In this document: in pieces, positions 50,201-64,000 of the stretch
Position numbering within the stretch: the stretch's first letter is position 1
Layout: each line of letters begins with the position of its first letter
Assembly: GCF_964355755.1 (NCBI RefSeq)
Contig: NC_092676.1
Coordinates: 5,371,888-5,435,887 of the forward strand
Length of the DNA stretch: 64,000 nucleotides
From: Antedon mediterranea
Taxonomy: Eukaryota; Animalia; Echinodermata
Direction of reading: 5' to 3'
Notes under the pieces: generated by a model
Database searches by the model: none
What the model saw: only the letters and a program-made list of their open reading frames with translations
Told to the model about the DNA's origin: nothing
Program-made: the position numbers and the translations under genes

Positions 50201-53200
50201 CAGAGATTAACTTATAAAGGAGTGAATTGGAGTGAACTGAATTAGAAAAGACTGACAGAGATTAACTTATAAAGGAGTGAATTGGAGTGAACTGAATTAG
50301 AAAAGACTGACAGAGATTAACTTATAAAGGAGTGAATTGGAGTGAACTGAATTAGAAAAGACTGACAGAGATTAACTTATAAAGGAGTGAATTGAATTGA
50401 ATTGAAAAAGACTGACATAGAGATTAACTTATAAAGGAGTGAATTGGAGTGAACTGAATTAGAAAAGACTGACAGAGATTAACTTATATAGGAGTGAATT
50501 GGAGTGAACTGAATTAGAAAAGACTGACAGAGATTAACTTATAAAGGAGTGAATTGGAGTGAACTGAATTAGAAAAGACTGACATAGAGATTAACTTATA
50601 AAGGAGTGAATTGGAGTGAACTGAATTAGAAAAGACTGACATAGAGATTAACTTATAAAGGAGTGAATTGGAGTGAACTGAATTAGAAAAGACTGACAGA
50701 GATTAACTTATAAAAGAGTGAATTGGAGTGGACTGAATTAGAAAAGACTGACAGAGATTAACTTATAAAGGAGTGAATTGGAGTGAACTGAATTAGAAAA
50801 GACTGACATAGAGATTAACTTATAAAGGAGTGAATTGGAGTGAACTGAATTAGAAAAGACTGACATAGAGATTAACTTATAAAGGAGTGAATTGGAGTGG
50901 ACTGAATTAGAAAAGACTGACAGAGATTAACTTATAAAGGAGTGAATTGGAGTGAACTGAATTAGAAAAGACTGACATAGAGATTAACTTATAAAGGAGT
51001 GAATTGGAGTGAACTGAATTAGAAAAGACTGACATAGAGATTAACTTATAAAGGAGTGAATTGGAGTGAACTGAATTAGAAAAGACTGACAGAGATTAAC
51101 TTATAAAGGAGTGAATTGAAATCATCTGCAATGAGCCTAGCTACACAATTAAGTATTGATGATATTTATGTTTACCAAGAAAGTGAAGGAAAGTTATTAT
51201 TTTACGAGAAACCATGGAATAATATAAACTAGACATTAGTGAGGTTATTTGCTCAAGTTGACAAAATAAATTAAAGTTGTACGTGGATTGTTCCAATTAT
51301 GGAAATGTTTATGTTGTTATCTTTTGCCCATTTTATAGTGCCAGAAAAAAAATCAGAGAAAAATTGGTCTAATTAGTCTAATCCAGGTGGAGGTAAATGA
51401 TCAGGGGAATTTTTGTGTTTAAAGCTGCTGCCAGCTTGGAGTAACTGTACCAAAAACATACAGTAAATTTGTGGTTAACGGTACATCACCCTCTATGCCA
51501 TAATTGGTGCTCAATGATACAATAAAATCAAGTCCTCAAAAACTGAGCAAATTACAAAATACACAGAGCAACAAAGGGCACTTTGTTCAATATTTCAGCA
51601 AATATTGAAGAAACAGATACTATTGATGACCTCACAAAAGCTTATCAAAATTTTGAGTTATGAATATTCATAACTGGTCTGATGATATACTGTACCTATT
51701 TGTGGACAAAGGTAAATTGAGGAAGATAATTTGAATATTGTGGACGTTATCGTGCAAACTAACAAACAAATGTTCCAAGCAAGTGAAAGATACTGGGCAT
51801 TCTGCCAAGTAATAATCTGTACTTAAGTTTGGTCCTTGAATGATGTTATTTCCTAAAAATAATCATGTATATATTTAACTCATGTACAAATCTCTCTAAG
51901 CTGTTTTTGTTTTAGAGTGATTCTTTAATGATTTAGGGAATTCCCCTTTTAGTTACCAGTCTCTTGAAATAATAATAGTTGTTTGCTTAATATTAGCAGT
52001 CACAATGAATGATTTTAATTTTAACAGAAAGAAAAACCTGAAAATAATTTAACCTGTTTCGGCTGCGGTAGTACAGCCACTGTCATCGTGCTTGTATGAA
52101 CTCGGCCAGATTTTTCTGTTTTCGGAATTCGTTGAACGCGATGAACACCGCCCTCGTATTTCATCAGTTTGTATACATCTGGACCTTGCATGCTTACACT
52201 GGCATGTCGCACACCACCTGGAAATAGAAATATATACATCTTATAAAGAAGACTTGTTCACAAGCATGATAATTGTTCCAATTGTTTAAAATTAAAGCCT
52301 ACTCGAAGGAGTCTTAAAACAGTCTTAAACCTCACTTTTTGTTGCTTTTACGTATTATTTATCGTCAAAGACAACCAATTGAACGAGTTTTAAGTGTTAA
52401 ATCAAATAATAACGGTGATTTTATTCTTATATAGGCCTAGAATAGATTTTCTTGTGTAGAAATGTACGTACTGTTATGATTGTGAATTGAACAAGCGTGA
52501 CGAACATTACCTTATTTGGTATTCTACGCGCAAAGTACGCCCTAAATTTGTTACTTTACGCGGTCTTATCTAAGACTGTTTTATATTAATGGTCTAACAG
52601 GGGTGGCTTTAGTAACACCGTCTATCTGATAAAGCCGGCTTTAATCGGGTAGTTAAGACCATCAGTTAAGATTGTTTTATAGCAATCCGCCCCGGGTATA
52701 ATCTCATTGGGGTATTGGAGACTGCTTCTTTTTTTATATTTCCTGTGTTTTCAATCTCAGTGGTGCAGGATTTCAAAGATGTCCTACCCTTTTTGAATAG
52801 TGTACCAAGTTCTCAAATGTGCACTATATACACAGGCTTTACGTCTCATCCGAAGGATAGAGGCAATAAATAAATGTGTATTGCCCTTTAACACTAACAG
52901 TGTTCCACTTTTAAGTATCTCTATGATGATATCAATGGCATTTTCAATGAAATGGAGATATGTGTTTATGTGATTACCATGGCGCAGGGATGAAAACAAT
53001 AAGATGAACTATGGAATGTATTAATTATTTAAAATGAGACACACCACGACGGGTTCAGATGTCTTTTAGTTGTACCAGGACAACAACATGGATTATTTAT
53101 TTATTTATTCAACTTTATTTTACAAGGGTAGTTCTAACAGTACTACAGCAGTACAGCTGACTTGAAGAGGCCGTCTTAAAAACAATACAACAAAATATAC

Positions 53201-55400
53201 AGACGACATTCAAAGATAAAGATACATGAGGATCATAGTTAGAATTCTCAGACAGATTAAAAATGTTAAAATTCGTTAAAAAATAAAGGAAATTGGTACC
53301 AAATATTGCTTTTATTATTGCTTATCTTTGAGATGTATTATTATTATTATAAAAGTTGGTTTTAAAATCAGAATATTGCATTTAAAAGGGAGAGAATTAA
53401 GAAAGGAAGTGGCTCTGTAATAAAAAGTAATTTTGAAGAACTGAAGATTAGTTATGTTTAGTGTCCCAGACATCAGACAAGTGGAATCGCTCATGCCTGC
53501 TTTAATGTTTGAACGCTTATTCTATGGGACACGTTGCATTTGGACATTTAATATCTTTTTACTACAAATATATGAATTCTTGATTCTGTTAGTATATTTT
53601 TAAAATATCGTCAAAACTTACCCAAGTCACTTACAGTGTATGCCAAAGTATTAAACCTCCACCTTTTGAACTGAGCATAATTCTGGTACATGTTAAATAC
53701 ATCGGATGTAAACAGCATGGCTTCTTGACCTCCGACCCCTGCTGTTAGCTCAACAACGATGTCATTGTCATCAATTTCACTGGTTGGTTTTAATTCAGAT
53801 ACAAGCTAAATAAAATAAAAATATTGTAAATATTATCAATCAATTCTTACATATATATAGTTTAATGATTTTTTTTCAAACGGTGTAATTGAAGCGGTGC
53901 AATCAAAGTGGTACAGTTGAATAAGCAGTGCAGTTGAATATGTAATTTAATTTTAATTATCACTGTATAATACTTGGATAAATCTTTGACTATAGAATAA
54001 AATAAGCATTAAATATACATCATTATCATATCAAACCTCATCTTCCAATTCTTCTATAGCATTTAAGCAATTCTTCTTTTCAACTTGCGCTAACCGTTGC
54101 ATTTCTGGATCATCATCTGAAAAAACAAAAGTACACATTCTTTGATATTATTATATAGAAACTAATGTAATGTGCCCATATATGAACATGATGATGTCAT
54201 ATCACTACCATAGTTGGGCATATCACTACCATATTTAGGCATGTCACTACCATCGAGGTACTTCACACTTTTTTTTGTCGAACTAGTTTGATAGTGTACA
54301 CAGAGCTTTAGAAGCTAATGATGTTTGGCAACTACATTTTAAACTACTATACTACGGAACATGCATCCAGTGCATTTAGGATAATGGTACCGGTTCAGAG
54401 AAATACACACTGTACTGGAGCGTTTAACAAAATATTTGAGATGAGGTCTACAGTATGTAACCAATAGTAATACTAAATTAATTAATTAATTAATTATTAA
54501 TATTAAAAGATAATTAATTATTGGTTGGGTGAAAGGCTTTAATATATACTTCACCAACAACTGGAATAAATTGAAGGCCCCTATGTGTTTCTACTGTACT
54601 ACTCTGCCTAACACAAAGCACGATTTTTGTTTTCTTAAAGGGATACAATCCAATATTATTAATCTACAAATTATCGGAAGATTTGACTAGGCCAGGGAAG
54701 AGTGAAATTACAATTACAATCCCTGACTAGACCAAACGACTTAGTTTGACTAATTTTTGTGAATAAGGTTTTACACTTCTTCACCTTCTAGTAACGACTT
54801 GACATCTTCCAATTCTAACTTTTTCGCATTTAATTCTTGAATCTTTTCAACAACTGGTTCTAGTTTTTGTCTCCTCTTTACGATCTTCTGCTGTTCTATC
54901 TCATCACCAACCCCAGAGCTTAGTTTTTGTGAGATGTCAGCAAACTCTTTTAATAATTCTTCTAAATAAAACAGGAATTGAGGACTGTCTGGTGCAAGTA
55001 CATCTGTTTCTGTTGTACTACCATTTGAACAAATATATCTATAATTAACTTCGCAGTTTAACAAATTAGTTCTGGCAAAATTTGGATGCAAAGTTTGTTT
55101 TCTAGGAATGGATATCATCGGGAAAGACTTAAATGTCTTCCATACACATTTCCTTCTGGTTAAAGGTAAAATTATGGGAAACCTGCTTGAAAATTCTGGT
55201 TTTACAAAATTGCATTTATTTGTTAGTGGGTTCTGACAGTAGTATCGAAATTGTTGGGAAAACCAGCAATGGTTGTAATTGTTTTTACTGCAAGATTTTA
55301 AAGCAGGCAATAGCTTTGACGACACGGATGTCATAACATTTCTTGCATTGTATTGTAGGATACACCGCAATGTCTTCCATGTATAGCGAGTCACACACAT
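47098..55400 (-). CDS. MTRF1L: Mitochondrial peptide chain release factor 1-like (mtRF1a), 6 coding exons, 511 aa
   Basis: Exons 55400-54785, 54116-54037, 53805-53622, 52217-52054, 48824-48707, 47471-47098, total 1536 nt. Motifs: [28 protein letters not shown] (PxT), [17 protein letters not shown] (GGQ), [10 protein letters not shown]. Long basic N-terminus resembling a mitochondrial presequence. The start Met at 55400 is the first AUG after the acceptor at 55419. Confidence 0.93.
47532..48062 (-). mobile_element. Third copy of the family B element, about 6 x 68-69 bp units and a degenerate hammerhead (47995-48036)
   Basis: Same unit as 8703-9915, followed by gcagagcttttgggcaacaaaagcttttcatcagtgcaagtga (GAAA box mutated to AAAA, stem II damaged). 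Confidence 0.85.
49732..51118. repeat. 55-57 bp minisatellite, about 25 copies, in an MTRF1L intron
   Basis: Unit gagattaacttataaaggagtgaattggagtgaactgaattagaaaagactgaca(ta). Confidence 0.95.
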
Positions 55401-55614
55401 ATTAATTAGTTGACTGTCTCTGAAATGCAAATTGAAAAGTCATTTATAATAATTATTTATAAAAGTATTCGGTAGTAAAATGATGCCACACATTGTCAGA
55501 ATATTTTCCTTATTAATTATTTTATTTTATAGATATTTGGCCATATTATATATAAATGCATCGATATTTAATAATATAATATTTATTGCAAATGATGGTG
55601 TAGGCCTAGAGGCT

Positions 55615-55986
55615 AGGCCTATGCCTATGGACGGTGGTATGCTTTTTTATTTATGACTACTCACAGATTATTTTATTTTTACACCATGCTGGTAGGCCTA
55701 GCCTACACACTTCTTGGCTAGGTCTAGCTAGCTGGTGGGAGCCTAGCCTCTATATCTAGGCTATATACTATAGCCCGTAGGCTTGCTGACTTGCTGAGGC
55801 CAAGCCAACTAAACTATCTATGTCTACCTATAGTATATAGCCTAGATATAGAGGCTAGGCTCCCACCAGCTAGCTAGACCTAGCCAAGAAGTGTGTAGGC
55901 TAGGCCTACCAGCATGGTGTAAAAATAAAATAATCTGTGAGTAGTCATAAATAAAAAAGCATACCACCGTCCATAGGCATAGGCCT
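55615..55986. repeat. Perfect inverted repeat, 159-bp arms (55615-55773 / 55828-55986) with a 54-bp spacer
   Basis: Arms compared by eye with no mismatch found. Confidence 0.92.
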
Positions 55987-56140
55987 GCCTAGCCTAGCTA
56001 GGCTAGTCTGTAATGAATATTGGCTCCGCAAGAAGCCGTGATTGTGAATGAAGCTCGTGTATAGAAAGACCCATACTTTATATACAAACCGTAGGGAAAT
56101 TCGAAGCTCTAATATATAAGTAATGCACTTAAAAACATAC

Positions 56141-56355
56141 GGAATACATTTTATTTTTCTTCTGTTCCGTCAAAATAATCTAGGCCTAGGCCTGCCACCT
56201 GTCCGGATTTCTAACGACCACGAGACGACGCACGGCCCTCCATCCTCTCTCTCTCCTCCTCCGGTCGTCGTATCGTGTGTAAAGTGTGAAGTGCTTTTAA
56301 CTCCGAACTGGCACGACAATGCCCATTCTTCTGATCCATCCAGGGCAGTCATATT
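56141..56355 (-). other. MTRF1L: Probable 5' UTR exon / promoter-proximal region of MTRF1L
   Basis: Local GC/CpG-rich island with candidate donors at 56199 (CAG|gtggca) and 56141 (|gtatgt), followed by TAGGCCTA-rich sequence like the first introns of the other two genes. Confidence 0.45.
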
Positions 56356-57407
56356 ATAATTATAATAATGTTAGGTCTACCACTTTTTTGTTTGTATTTA
56401 ATTAAAACATAATTATATTATAATATAATATCTATAGTCATGAAGATAGTTCCATGCTATAATTAAAATCAGCATCAACATAGCAACCAGAAATTAAAAC
56501 ACTAAAAAAAACCACCCCAAAAAATGAATTTGCTTATGAAAAGACTAAATTAAAGTTAAATTAAAACAATTTTTAGACTTTAAATTACAGTTTTTCAGGT
56601 ATATATTTTGTTTTCGATACGATTTTTGGTCAAAGTGATATGAACTTGAAAAATTGAACTATTATGTGACAATAAAACAATTGTAAAAAATGTACAGTGC
56701 CCACACCGCCCTCTCTCCTCTTATATACATTTGCACGTTTTTTGACATTTTGACCATTGTACAGAGAGCCAAAAACACATAATATTGATTCAAAACATAT
56801 TCCTCTTTATTTATAATCAAATCAAAATGGCGGTGAAAACATGGGTTAACAAAATGAATGCAATGCACATGATAAAGTATATGTTTTTTATTAATTGAAT
56901 TAAAATACATTGGAAAATTAACTACAGTCCACCAACCTTATCCATCAGACATTCAAATAATAATACAGACTTTTCTGTAACTTTGTGAGGATATTCGGTA
57001 ACTTGGGGAGTTTGTGAGAGGATATTGGTAACTTGGGGAGTTCGTGAGAGGACATTCAATTCAGTATCTCTGTACACAATATTACAACTAGGAACTATTA
57101 CACTTTGTAAAGCAAACTAAATTTATGGAATGCTATTAACTTTCATTTTAAAATTAGATCGACAAAACTTTGTTTTAAAAAAACAATGAAAAGATTGATA
57201 ACAAAAAAATGTACCGTAATTTTAAATGGTATAATAAAACTGAACAAAGCTTCTGATCAAATCAACATTTTGAAGAATTTGTTGGCTATATTAAGGTAAA
57301 CTTCTTTCAAATTGTGTTATCATTTTTGTTGACCAAATAAATTTTTCCTGAAACATACCGTATACAGACATATACTTTGGTCATTTTGGTCATCGATACC
57401 TGTTTTA

Positions 57408-57905
57408 ATAGGGAGGTTTCACAACCTTACGAATACGATAATGAAAACAGATACATCATACATTTGTGAAACTTTTGAGCTGATCCCCATTTCATATTCG
57501 TAAAGCGTATTCGTGTTGACCAGTCGTATTCGTAACTACAAAACGAGTATAGTTTTTGATCTATTTTGCACATTTTGCATTTGAATCAGGAATGATTCAT
57601 GATTATAATATAATTATAGATTTATTGAAAGTAATTTACTAAAGTAATTTACTAAAATGCCAAGTCAATTTTGATAAATAGCAGTTTTTAAAGTCCTCAC
57701 TCGCTTTGATGTTACGCTAGGCCTAGGCAGCCAAGCACCAAGTACCTGCGCTTCGCTCAAATTTACCGCAGTCATATTTTGGACGCGCCTCAATATTTCG
57801 TTGCCATGCGAAACAGATTTTTTTATGGCTTACGAAAACGAATACGTGTGCGTGACGTATCCGTTTTCGTTATCGTATTCGTAAGATTGCGAAACCTCTC
57901 TATTA
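57408..57905. mobile_element. MITE with ~45-bp TIRs
   Basis: aatagggaggtttcacaaccttacgaatacgataatgaaaac / gttttcgttatcgtattcgtaagattgcgaaacctctctatta. Confidence 0.75.
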
Positions 57906-58674
57906 CCTTTGTAAATCAATCAAATAGTCTTAATAAAAAATACTATGAATTTAAATCTAACCTGTCATATAATAAAGTTTAACAATCTTACAAAACACAA
58001 TTTTGCATATGTTCTTTTCCCATCAAAAGTTCAGTGCGAATACAGCTTTAGTTTTCATCGAATATTGGTAATATTATTAAGTTTATAACTCGTTCCCATG
58101 CCCCTAATATAACTTGGGGTTAATTATCTACTGTTAGATATAGCACTAAAACTTATCTAAAAACCAAAAAAATTAAAATAAAAAGCAATACACATCATCA
58201 TAATATGCTTTTATACATTTACATACATATTTGGCATAATCTATAATTCATGTTTTTATCACCTCACTTTTTTAGTCAGATTATTTTATTTGCTTGCATT
58301 AATACAATCAAAAAACAACAAATAAACAAATGTAATTCACAACACATATACAATCCACCTATAGCTGATAATATAAACAAAATTAATACAGTATAATATA
58401 TTTATCATTATAAATTGATTTTGTAGTACGATTCATGTCAAACTAGCTTTAATGCTAAGCATATTACACTACACTATTTCAATGCTATCTCTTAAAGTAA
58501 TTGAACACTAGTTTATTTATAGGCCCTATTAAAGTAAAACACAACTTAATGCATTTGTATATTGGTACAACAAGTGTGTGTGTATGTTTATACATATTTT
58601 AACAGTTCTATGTGTTTTCCATATTTAAGTAGAAATAACAAATGCTTCAATCTAGTTCTTAAGCAAAATCATTT

Positions 58675-59046
58675 AGGGACCATGTTAAAATATTCCACTG
58701 CAGTTACTGCAGTAACTCCATGTTCAATACAACAATGTATAATTTTAGTTTGTTTCAGGCAGTCACTGAAATAAAAAGCGTGTATGATACACCCCCCCAA
58801 TAAAAGATAAATAAACAGGTTAAAGAATAAACAGGTTAAAGAATGAACAGGTTAAAGAATAAACAGGTTAAAGAATAAACAGGTTAAAGAATAAACAGGT
58901 TAAAGAATAAACAGGTTAAAGAATAAACAGGTTAAAGAATAAACAGGTTAAAGAATAAACAGGTTAAAGAATAAACAGGTTAAAGAATAAACAAAATGCA
59001 GTTACTGCAGTAAACTGCAGTAGAATAATTTTAACACGGTCCCTTA
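58675..59046. mobile_element. MITE family 4 (agggaccatgt...acacggtccct) with an internal 16-bp tandem repeat
   Basis: TIR tagggaccatgttaaaatattccactgcag / ctgcagtagaataattttaacacggtccctta, with (aataaacaggttaaag) about 11 times at 58810-58993. Other copies at 31391-31704 and 38873-39080. Confidence 0.8.
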
Positions 59047-61568
59047 TGAAATAAAAACTTTCAATGCTGTCCTTGGCTTCATTTATAAAATATTTAATTG
59101 TTTTTCTTTTATAATACAATTGTGTAAAACCTACAGAGAGGTTATAAAACCTTAAACAAAATGTTGAACATCTAAAATCTAAACTTATCTTATAATTAGA
59201 ACAATTTTAAACTGAAATTTGCAGTTTAATTAAGACTATTGTTACTTCCAAAAATTTATCTTTAAATTATCATAAAATCAGTTTACTGATTATATGAAAG
59301 GCTATAGACAACATATTCTGTATAATAAAAGTATACTATTTAACAAAATATAAAAATCTTTGGCCATGTTATAAGTGACGGTAATAAGAAGTTTGCGAAA
59401 AAAATTAGGATTTTTCAAAATGCGACAATTATAATTGTTACATAACAATGGACAAAAATAGCAGTATATTAATTACATTTAATGAAACCAAAAAACATAC
59501 TGTAATGGTCCAATAGGTGTATTGAAAATGATAACCAAAATATTGCTTATAAAATTTAAGTTTCACTGCGGAGTCGGTGTCACTGTCATGTGACCTGCTT
59601 AATTTAGAGTATTTGGGCAAGTGACACTTGCCTCAAAGTAATTTGTCAAGTGATACTTGACGCACTATGTATTTACTTCATTTACAATAAGGATATTATA
59701 CCGTCGTGATGTGGTTTCCCGAATGATCGTAAAATCAAAACGGTACTGGGTATGACCAACTAGTGTTATTGTCACCAACTAGTCATCCATTCATAGAAGT
59801 ACTGATGTAGTAGCCTATCTGTACGGTGACCATAGAATGTGACCCGAGACATGACTAACTACGACTTTTAGTTAATAGAAGATTGAAAAAATTGTTAAGA
59901 AGAGTTGTACTGTATGTGGATGTTTAATGAAATTATGTCAATAATGTTTACACACAAATAGTAATGTTTGTTAGTAAAAATAATTTTGAGTTAATAAGAA
60001 TAAGATATAAGGAAGAAAAGCAAAGAGACTATGGAGCGGCTATTCCTGAATATACAATACTAAGTATCGTAGTTTTAAATTATAAATTTTAGGCGATCTT
60101 GATTATTTAAAAAAGATTCTTATTCTAAAAGAAAAATTGATTTTAAGAAAGTTATGTAATGTAAAAATAACACAGCAATAGGAATACAACACTATTAATT
60201 CATTGAAAAAAAAAAATAATAATTATTAAAAAAATTATATATAAGATATTCACAAAGCAAAATTTTTGAGATTTACAAAAATAGATAAATACACATAGTC
60301 AGCAACATATTTTGATTTTAAGACATCACAATTTAATAGAAAAATAAAATGAACCAGCAAAAAGAACTACTAAATGATAAAATATAATGTTAAGCATCAG
60401 AATAGCATAGCATAATCAGTTTAATAGTAAATTGTTATTGTAAACATCCACATTACACTAGTTTTTGAATACCAAACCCCCTGAGCGGGAAGCAGGGACG
60501 CGTGCTGTGAAATCGCTTATCTTTACATAATGGAGTATTGAGCTCAAAACATTTTCATCTTTTTATGGATCAAAAGGAAAATGAAAGTTAATTAGTTTTT
60601 CTCAGAAATTATACCCAAAATATTGAGCAGGTAAAGTAGTTGGGGCAAACACATTTATACATTGGTTGCCCGAATGAAACCCAATTTTTACATATTCTGC
60701 AATAATATAGCTCTTTATTTGGAGTAAACATGGTTTTATATTTTTTAAAATGCAATGTCTAAAGTTTCAACTTTCTAAATAATATCGGAATAACATTAAA
60801 ACTAAAATAATAAATGTAAGTTATATGAATTTGAATATTAACATTAAAGATTATCCTTCAGAAATAATGCAAAATCTAAATTAAAATAAATTCTTATAAG
60901 TAGATATTTCTAAATTAGTCATATAAATTATTTGTGATACCTTTTTACAATTACGTAAAACCTATACTACATTTTTTTCTTGTTTTCTTCCATTTTTTTT
61001 TATAGAAATTTGTTAAGTTCAACATTAATATTTTGATGAAATTCAATCTTTTTTATTGTAAACAGTAGAACCATTAAGAGAACACCTTTTGGACCCCACA
61101 AAGTGCCCCCTTAACAGGTGCTTATTGTAGTGTTATAACATATTACACCTAATTCGATTTACGAAAAGTTATCCTTAATAGGGGTGTCCCATGATTAGAG
61201 GCTGGTCGTAGTTTTATAAGTATGTTATCGATATTAATTTGATTTGAAAATGACTCATAATAGGGGTGTCCCACGAAGAGAGGCTAGTCGTAGTATAGGA
61301 AAATGACCCATAATATGAATGTCCCCTTAATAGAGGTGTCCCTTGAATAGAAGAGTTCCACTGTATTCTTATTCATAAAATAGATAATTCCATTAACATT
61401 ACCATATATGAACATATATCATATTCAAATCATACAAATTTATATGAATATAGATTGTAAAATTATATTTAGAAAATAAGCAATGTTTCATATTATGTAT
61501 AAAGCTCATTTTTACTCTCAACTGGACCGGATATTTAATTCTTTCCTCTAATTCTGGCTAATTATTGC

Positions 61569-61694
61569 CTACAGCTGATTAAATGCTTGGTTCTTTGATT
61601 TCCAATCGCTAGCGTGCGCATTTTTCTTCTTAGATTGGCCCATTGCCAGGTTTCGTGCCTTCGACATGTCCGATAGGTCAAGTCCGCTGGTTTT
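61569..61694 (-). CDS. Terminal coding exon of an unidentified gene entering from beyond the right edge (KTSGLDLSDMSKARNLAMGQSKKKNAHASDWKSKNQAFNQL*)
   Basis: Acceptor ttgtttattccag| at 61695, GC-richer coding-like segment, TAG stop at 61571-61569, then long AT-rich UTR-like sequence. Product not recognised. Confidence 0.65.
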   Translation of the reverse strand, partial: KTSGLDLSDMSKARNLAMGQSKKKNAHASDWKSKNQAFNQL

Positions 61695-64000
61695 CTGGAA
61701 TAAACAAAAAGCATAGACGATTAGATTTGTACACTTGAAGTTGAATAAAAGGTAGTTAAAGTTAAATAAAAAATGAGAGAGGGTGGCTTGTATTTGCAAG
61801 TGTTCCGGCATGAAGGCATGGTTGTGGACTAGTCCATTATGGTTCAGGATTATCATAGGAACATTAACTTTTTCAACCCTCCCTCTGGAGAGCATGGGCT
61901 ATTGTCGGTTTATCCAGGTAAGCTAGGCACGAAATAGATGTGTATGTTACACACTAAAGTAATATCCATGAAATGAATAAGGAAAAAATATATGTTTTAA
62001 AAGACTATGGCCATATGAAACCTATATATTCAGGGTACACATTGTTTGGTAACTAAGCCAGTGTTAATGTACAGTAAAACAAATTAATCATATCAGACTA
62101 TAGAATACTCCATGAATATGATATTATTTATTATTTTATTTGATTAATTTATGGCAAATACAAACATTAACTTGGCACAAATAGCTTTATTGTGCCAAGA
62201 AGTGGGAAAAGAGGCCAATAGCTTCTGTAGGCCCTTCCAGCATGACACGATAATAATTTATAGAGAATGATGTCACAGTACTGAACTTGGCAAAGCATAA
62301 AGGAAATGCACAACCAATACGTCTATTAAGTAACAATGAAATTAAACTCCCGAGGAATATCATCATATCCCTATGGAAAGTTTATGGGATTGTGCCTTAT
62401 CCCAACGGAAAATGTATGGGGTTGTGTCCTTTTGAAACAAGTCTTCCTATACATGGTGATACACTAACACAAACTGTACTATGTATGCATGTAATGTTAC
62501 AGTAAATAATCCTCTATATGTTTTTCCAATATATTAATAATACATGCACGACATGACTAAATTTATAACTATGAATTGAATTTAGATCAGAGGCATAAAG
62601 TTTCTAGGAAAAAACAATCAAACGTAGTCCTACATCCTTTTTTGAATAATAAACATACAATGTTTAAACTCTTTTTGTGAATAATTTTAAAGAGAAAACA
62701 GATGAAATATAGCAACACAAATAAGATTCCTATTGCGGATTGCAAGCCAGTTTAAATTATACATCGTTTGTGATGTCAATTTTTATTATTGTATTTTTCA
62801 GGGATAGATCCATTTTTGTGTTCATGATGCATGACAAAAATATGCAAACAAGAGGTTTATAAACAAGACATTTTGGGGGTGGGGTGGGGGTGCGGGGGAG
62901 GGATATGTTTATATAAATGGAAAGGATGTTTCCATTGAAGCAATCAAATGAAATAATATTATGTTACATGCTGTTTGTTAATATATATACCTATGTTTTT
63001 AGAGGGAAGAATACAGTAGGGAAAGGGTTAGGTTCAGGCAAAAAAGAAATCTTTACTCTCTGAGGTAGAAATTTGAATCAATCTATGTGTATCAATATTT
63101 TAAAAAAATAAATACAACATTTTAATTTTGTTATTGGAAATGATGTTGACACTGAGATAATTATCAAATGGAACTACTGTACAAACATTAATATTAATAT
63201 AATATATGTTAATATATACATTCTAATGATATTTACATACTGTAGACCTATGTTCTTTTAAACCATAGAGAAAGGTTGAGAACTTTTGTAAGTCTTTGAT
63301 TGACACTGAAGTGTTTAGGGTGATGTCATGAATAATGTTGCCAAACTTCCGACAACATCAAGCACTTACGAAAGTTAAGAAAAGAAAAGCTATCGGAAAA
63401 AATTCATACAAAAGCAGCAGCTGATATAAATAAAAAAATTGCAAAATGTTTGGCATGTTTCCGAAATAATTTGATCCCTTTAATGGTCTATATAGAGAAA
63501 TTATGAAAATCATAATTTCATTATTTTAGCAGCCAATGTAAATGACCTTGTAGTTAATAATAATCATTCAATTCATAATGGTTGAGTGACCAGTAACAAG
63601 GAATGAATTCACTGATATATACATCCTGGTAATCCAAATTAAATTCTACAGCACTTGAAATTAGACCTACCACAATGATATTGACACTGATTTTCCGGTA
63701 ATAAATTACCAACATGGATCTCGTTGTTCTGGCATGATGGAAATTGTTACATGTTCACACTCACAAATATTATTTATTATGTACCAACACAGAAGCTCTA
63801 TTCACACAGAATTGTAGTAAGCTCAGTGATGTAACCACAAGAAATAATAGCGGGGGGGGGGGGGGGGGGGGGGGTGTGAATCAAGGGATGGTGGGGGGGG
63901 GGGGGTCCCTTTAGCTCAGTGCCCCCACATAAATTTCGTAAATTGTTATGCAAAGGCTCAGCCCTTCATTTCACTATTTTTAGGCCCTGCGATCCACCCC

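Noticed and set aside
63851-63905. Poly-G runs as regulatory G-quadruplexes (also 27125-27155 and 42891-42905)
   Set aside because: Simple homopolymer tracts with no supporting context, and prone to sequencing error.

Overview
AT-rich, intron-rich animal genomic DNA, probably an invertebrate deuterostome such as an echinoderm (inferred from TAGGCCTA-rich first introns and the repeat types). I assembled three complete spliced genes by hand. (1) eIF4G2/NAT1/DAP5 on the minus strand: 19 coding exons, 900 aa, starting at a GUG codon in the same context as vertebrates, preceded by a uORF and a tandem splice acceptor. (2) A head-to-head, plus-strand adenylate-kinase-fold gene: 8 exons, 409 aa, with an MGCxxS acylation motif and degenerate catalytic motifs. 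(3) Mitochondrial release factor MTRF1L on the minus strand: 6 coding exons, 511 aa, whose last ~123 coding bases are tandemly amplified about 11 times into the 3' UTR region. The terminal exon of a fourth, unidentified gene lies at ~61.6 kb. Introns carry several MITE families, tRNA-derived SINE-like elements, a truncated LINE, minisatellites, a perfect 159-bp-arm hairpin and at least four minimal type I hammerhead ribozyme motifs from two Penelope/retrozyme-like families. No database search was run; comparisons to human proteins are from memory.
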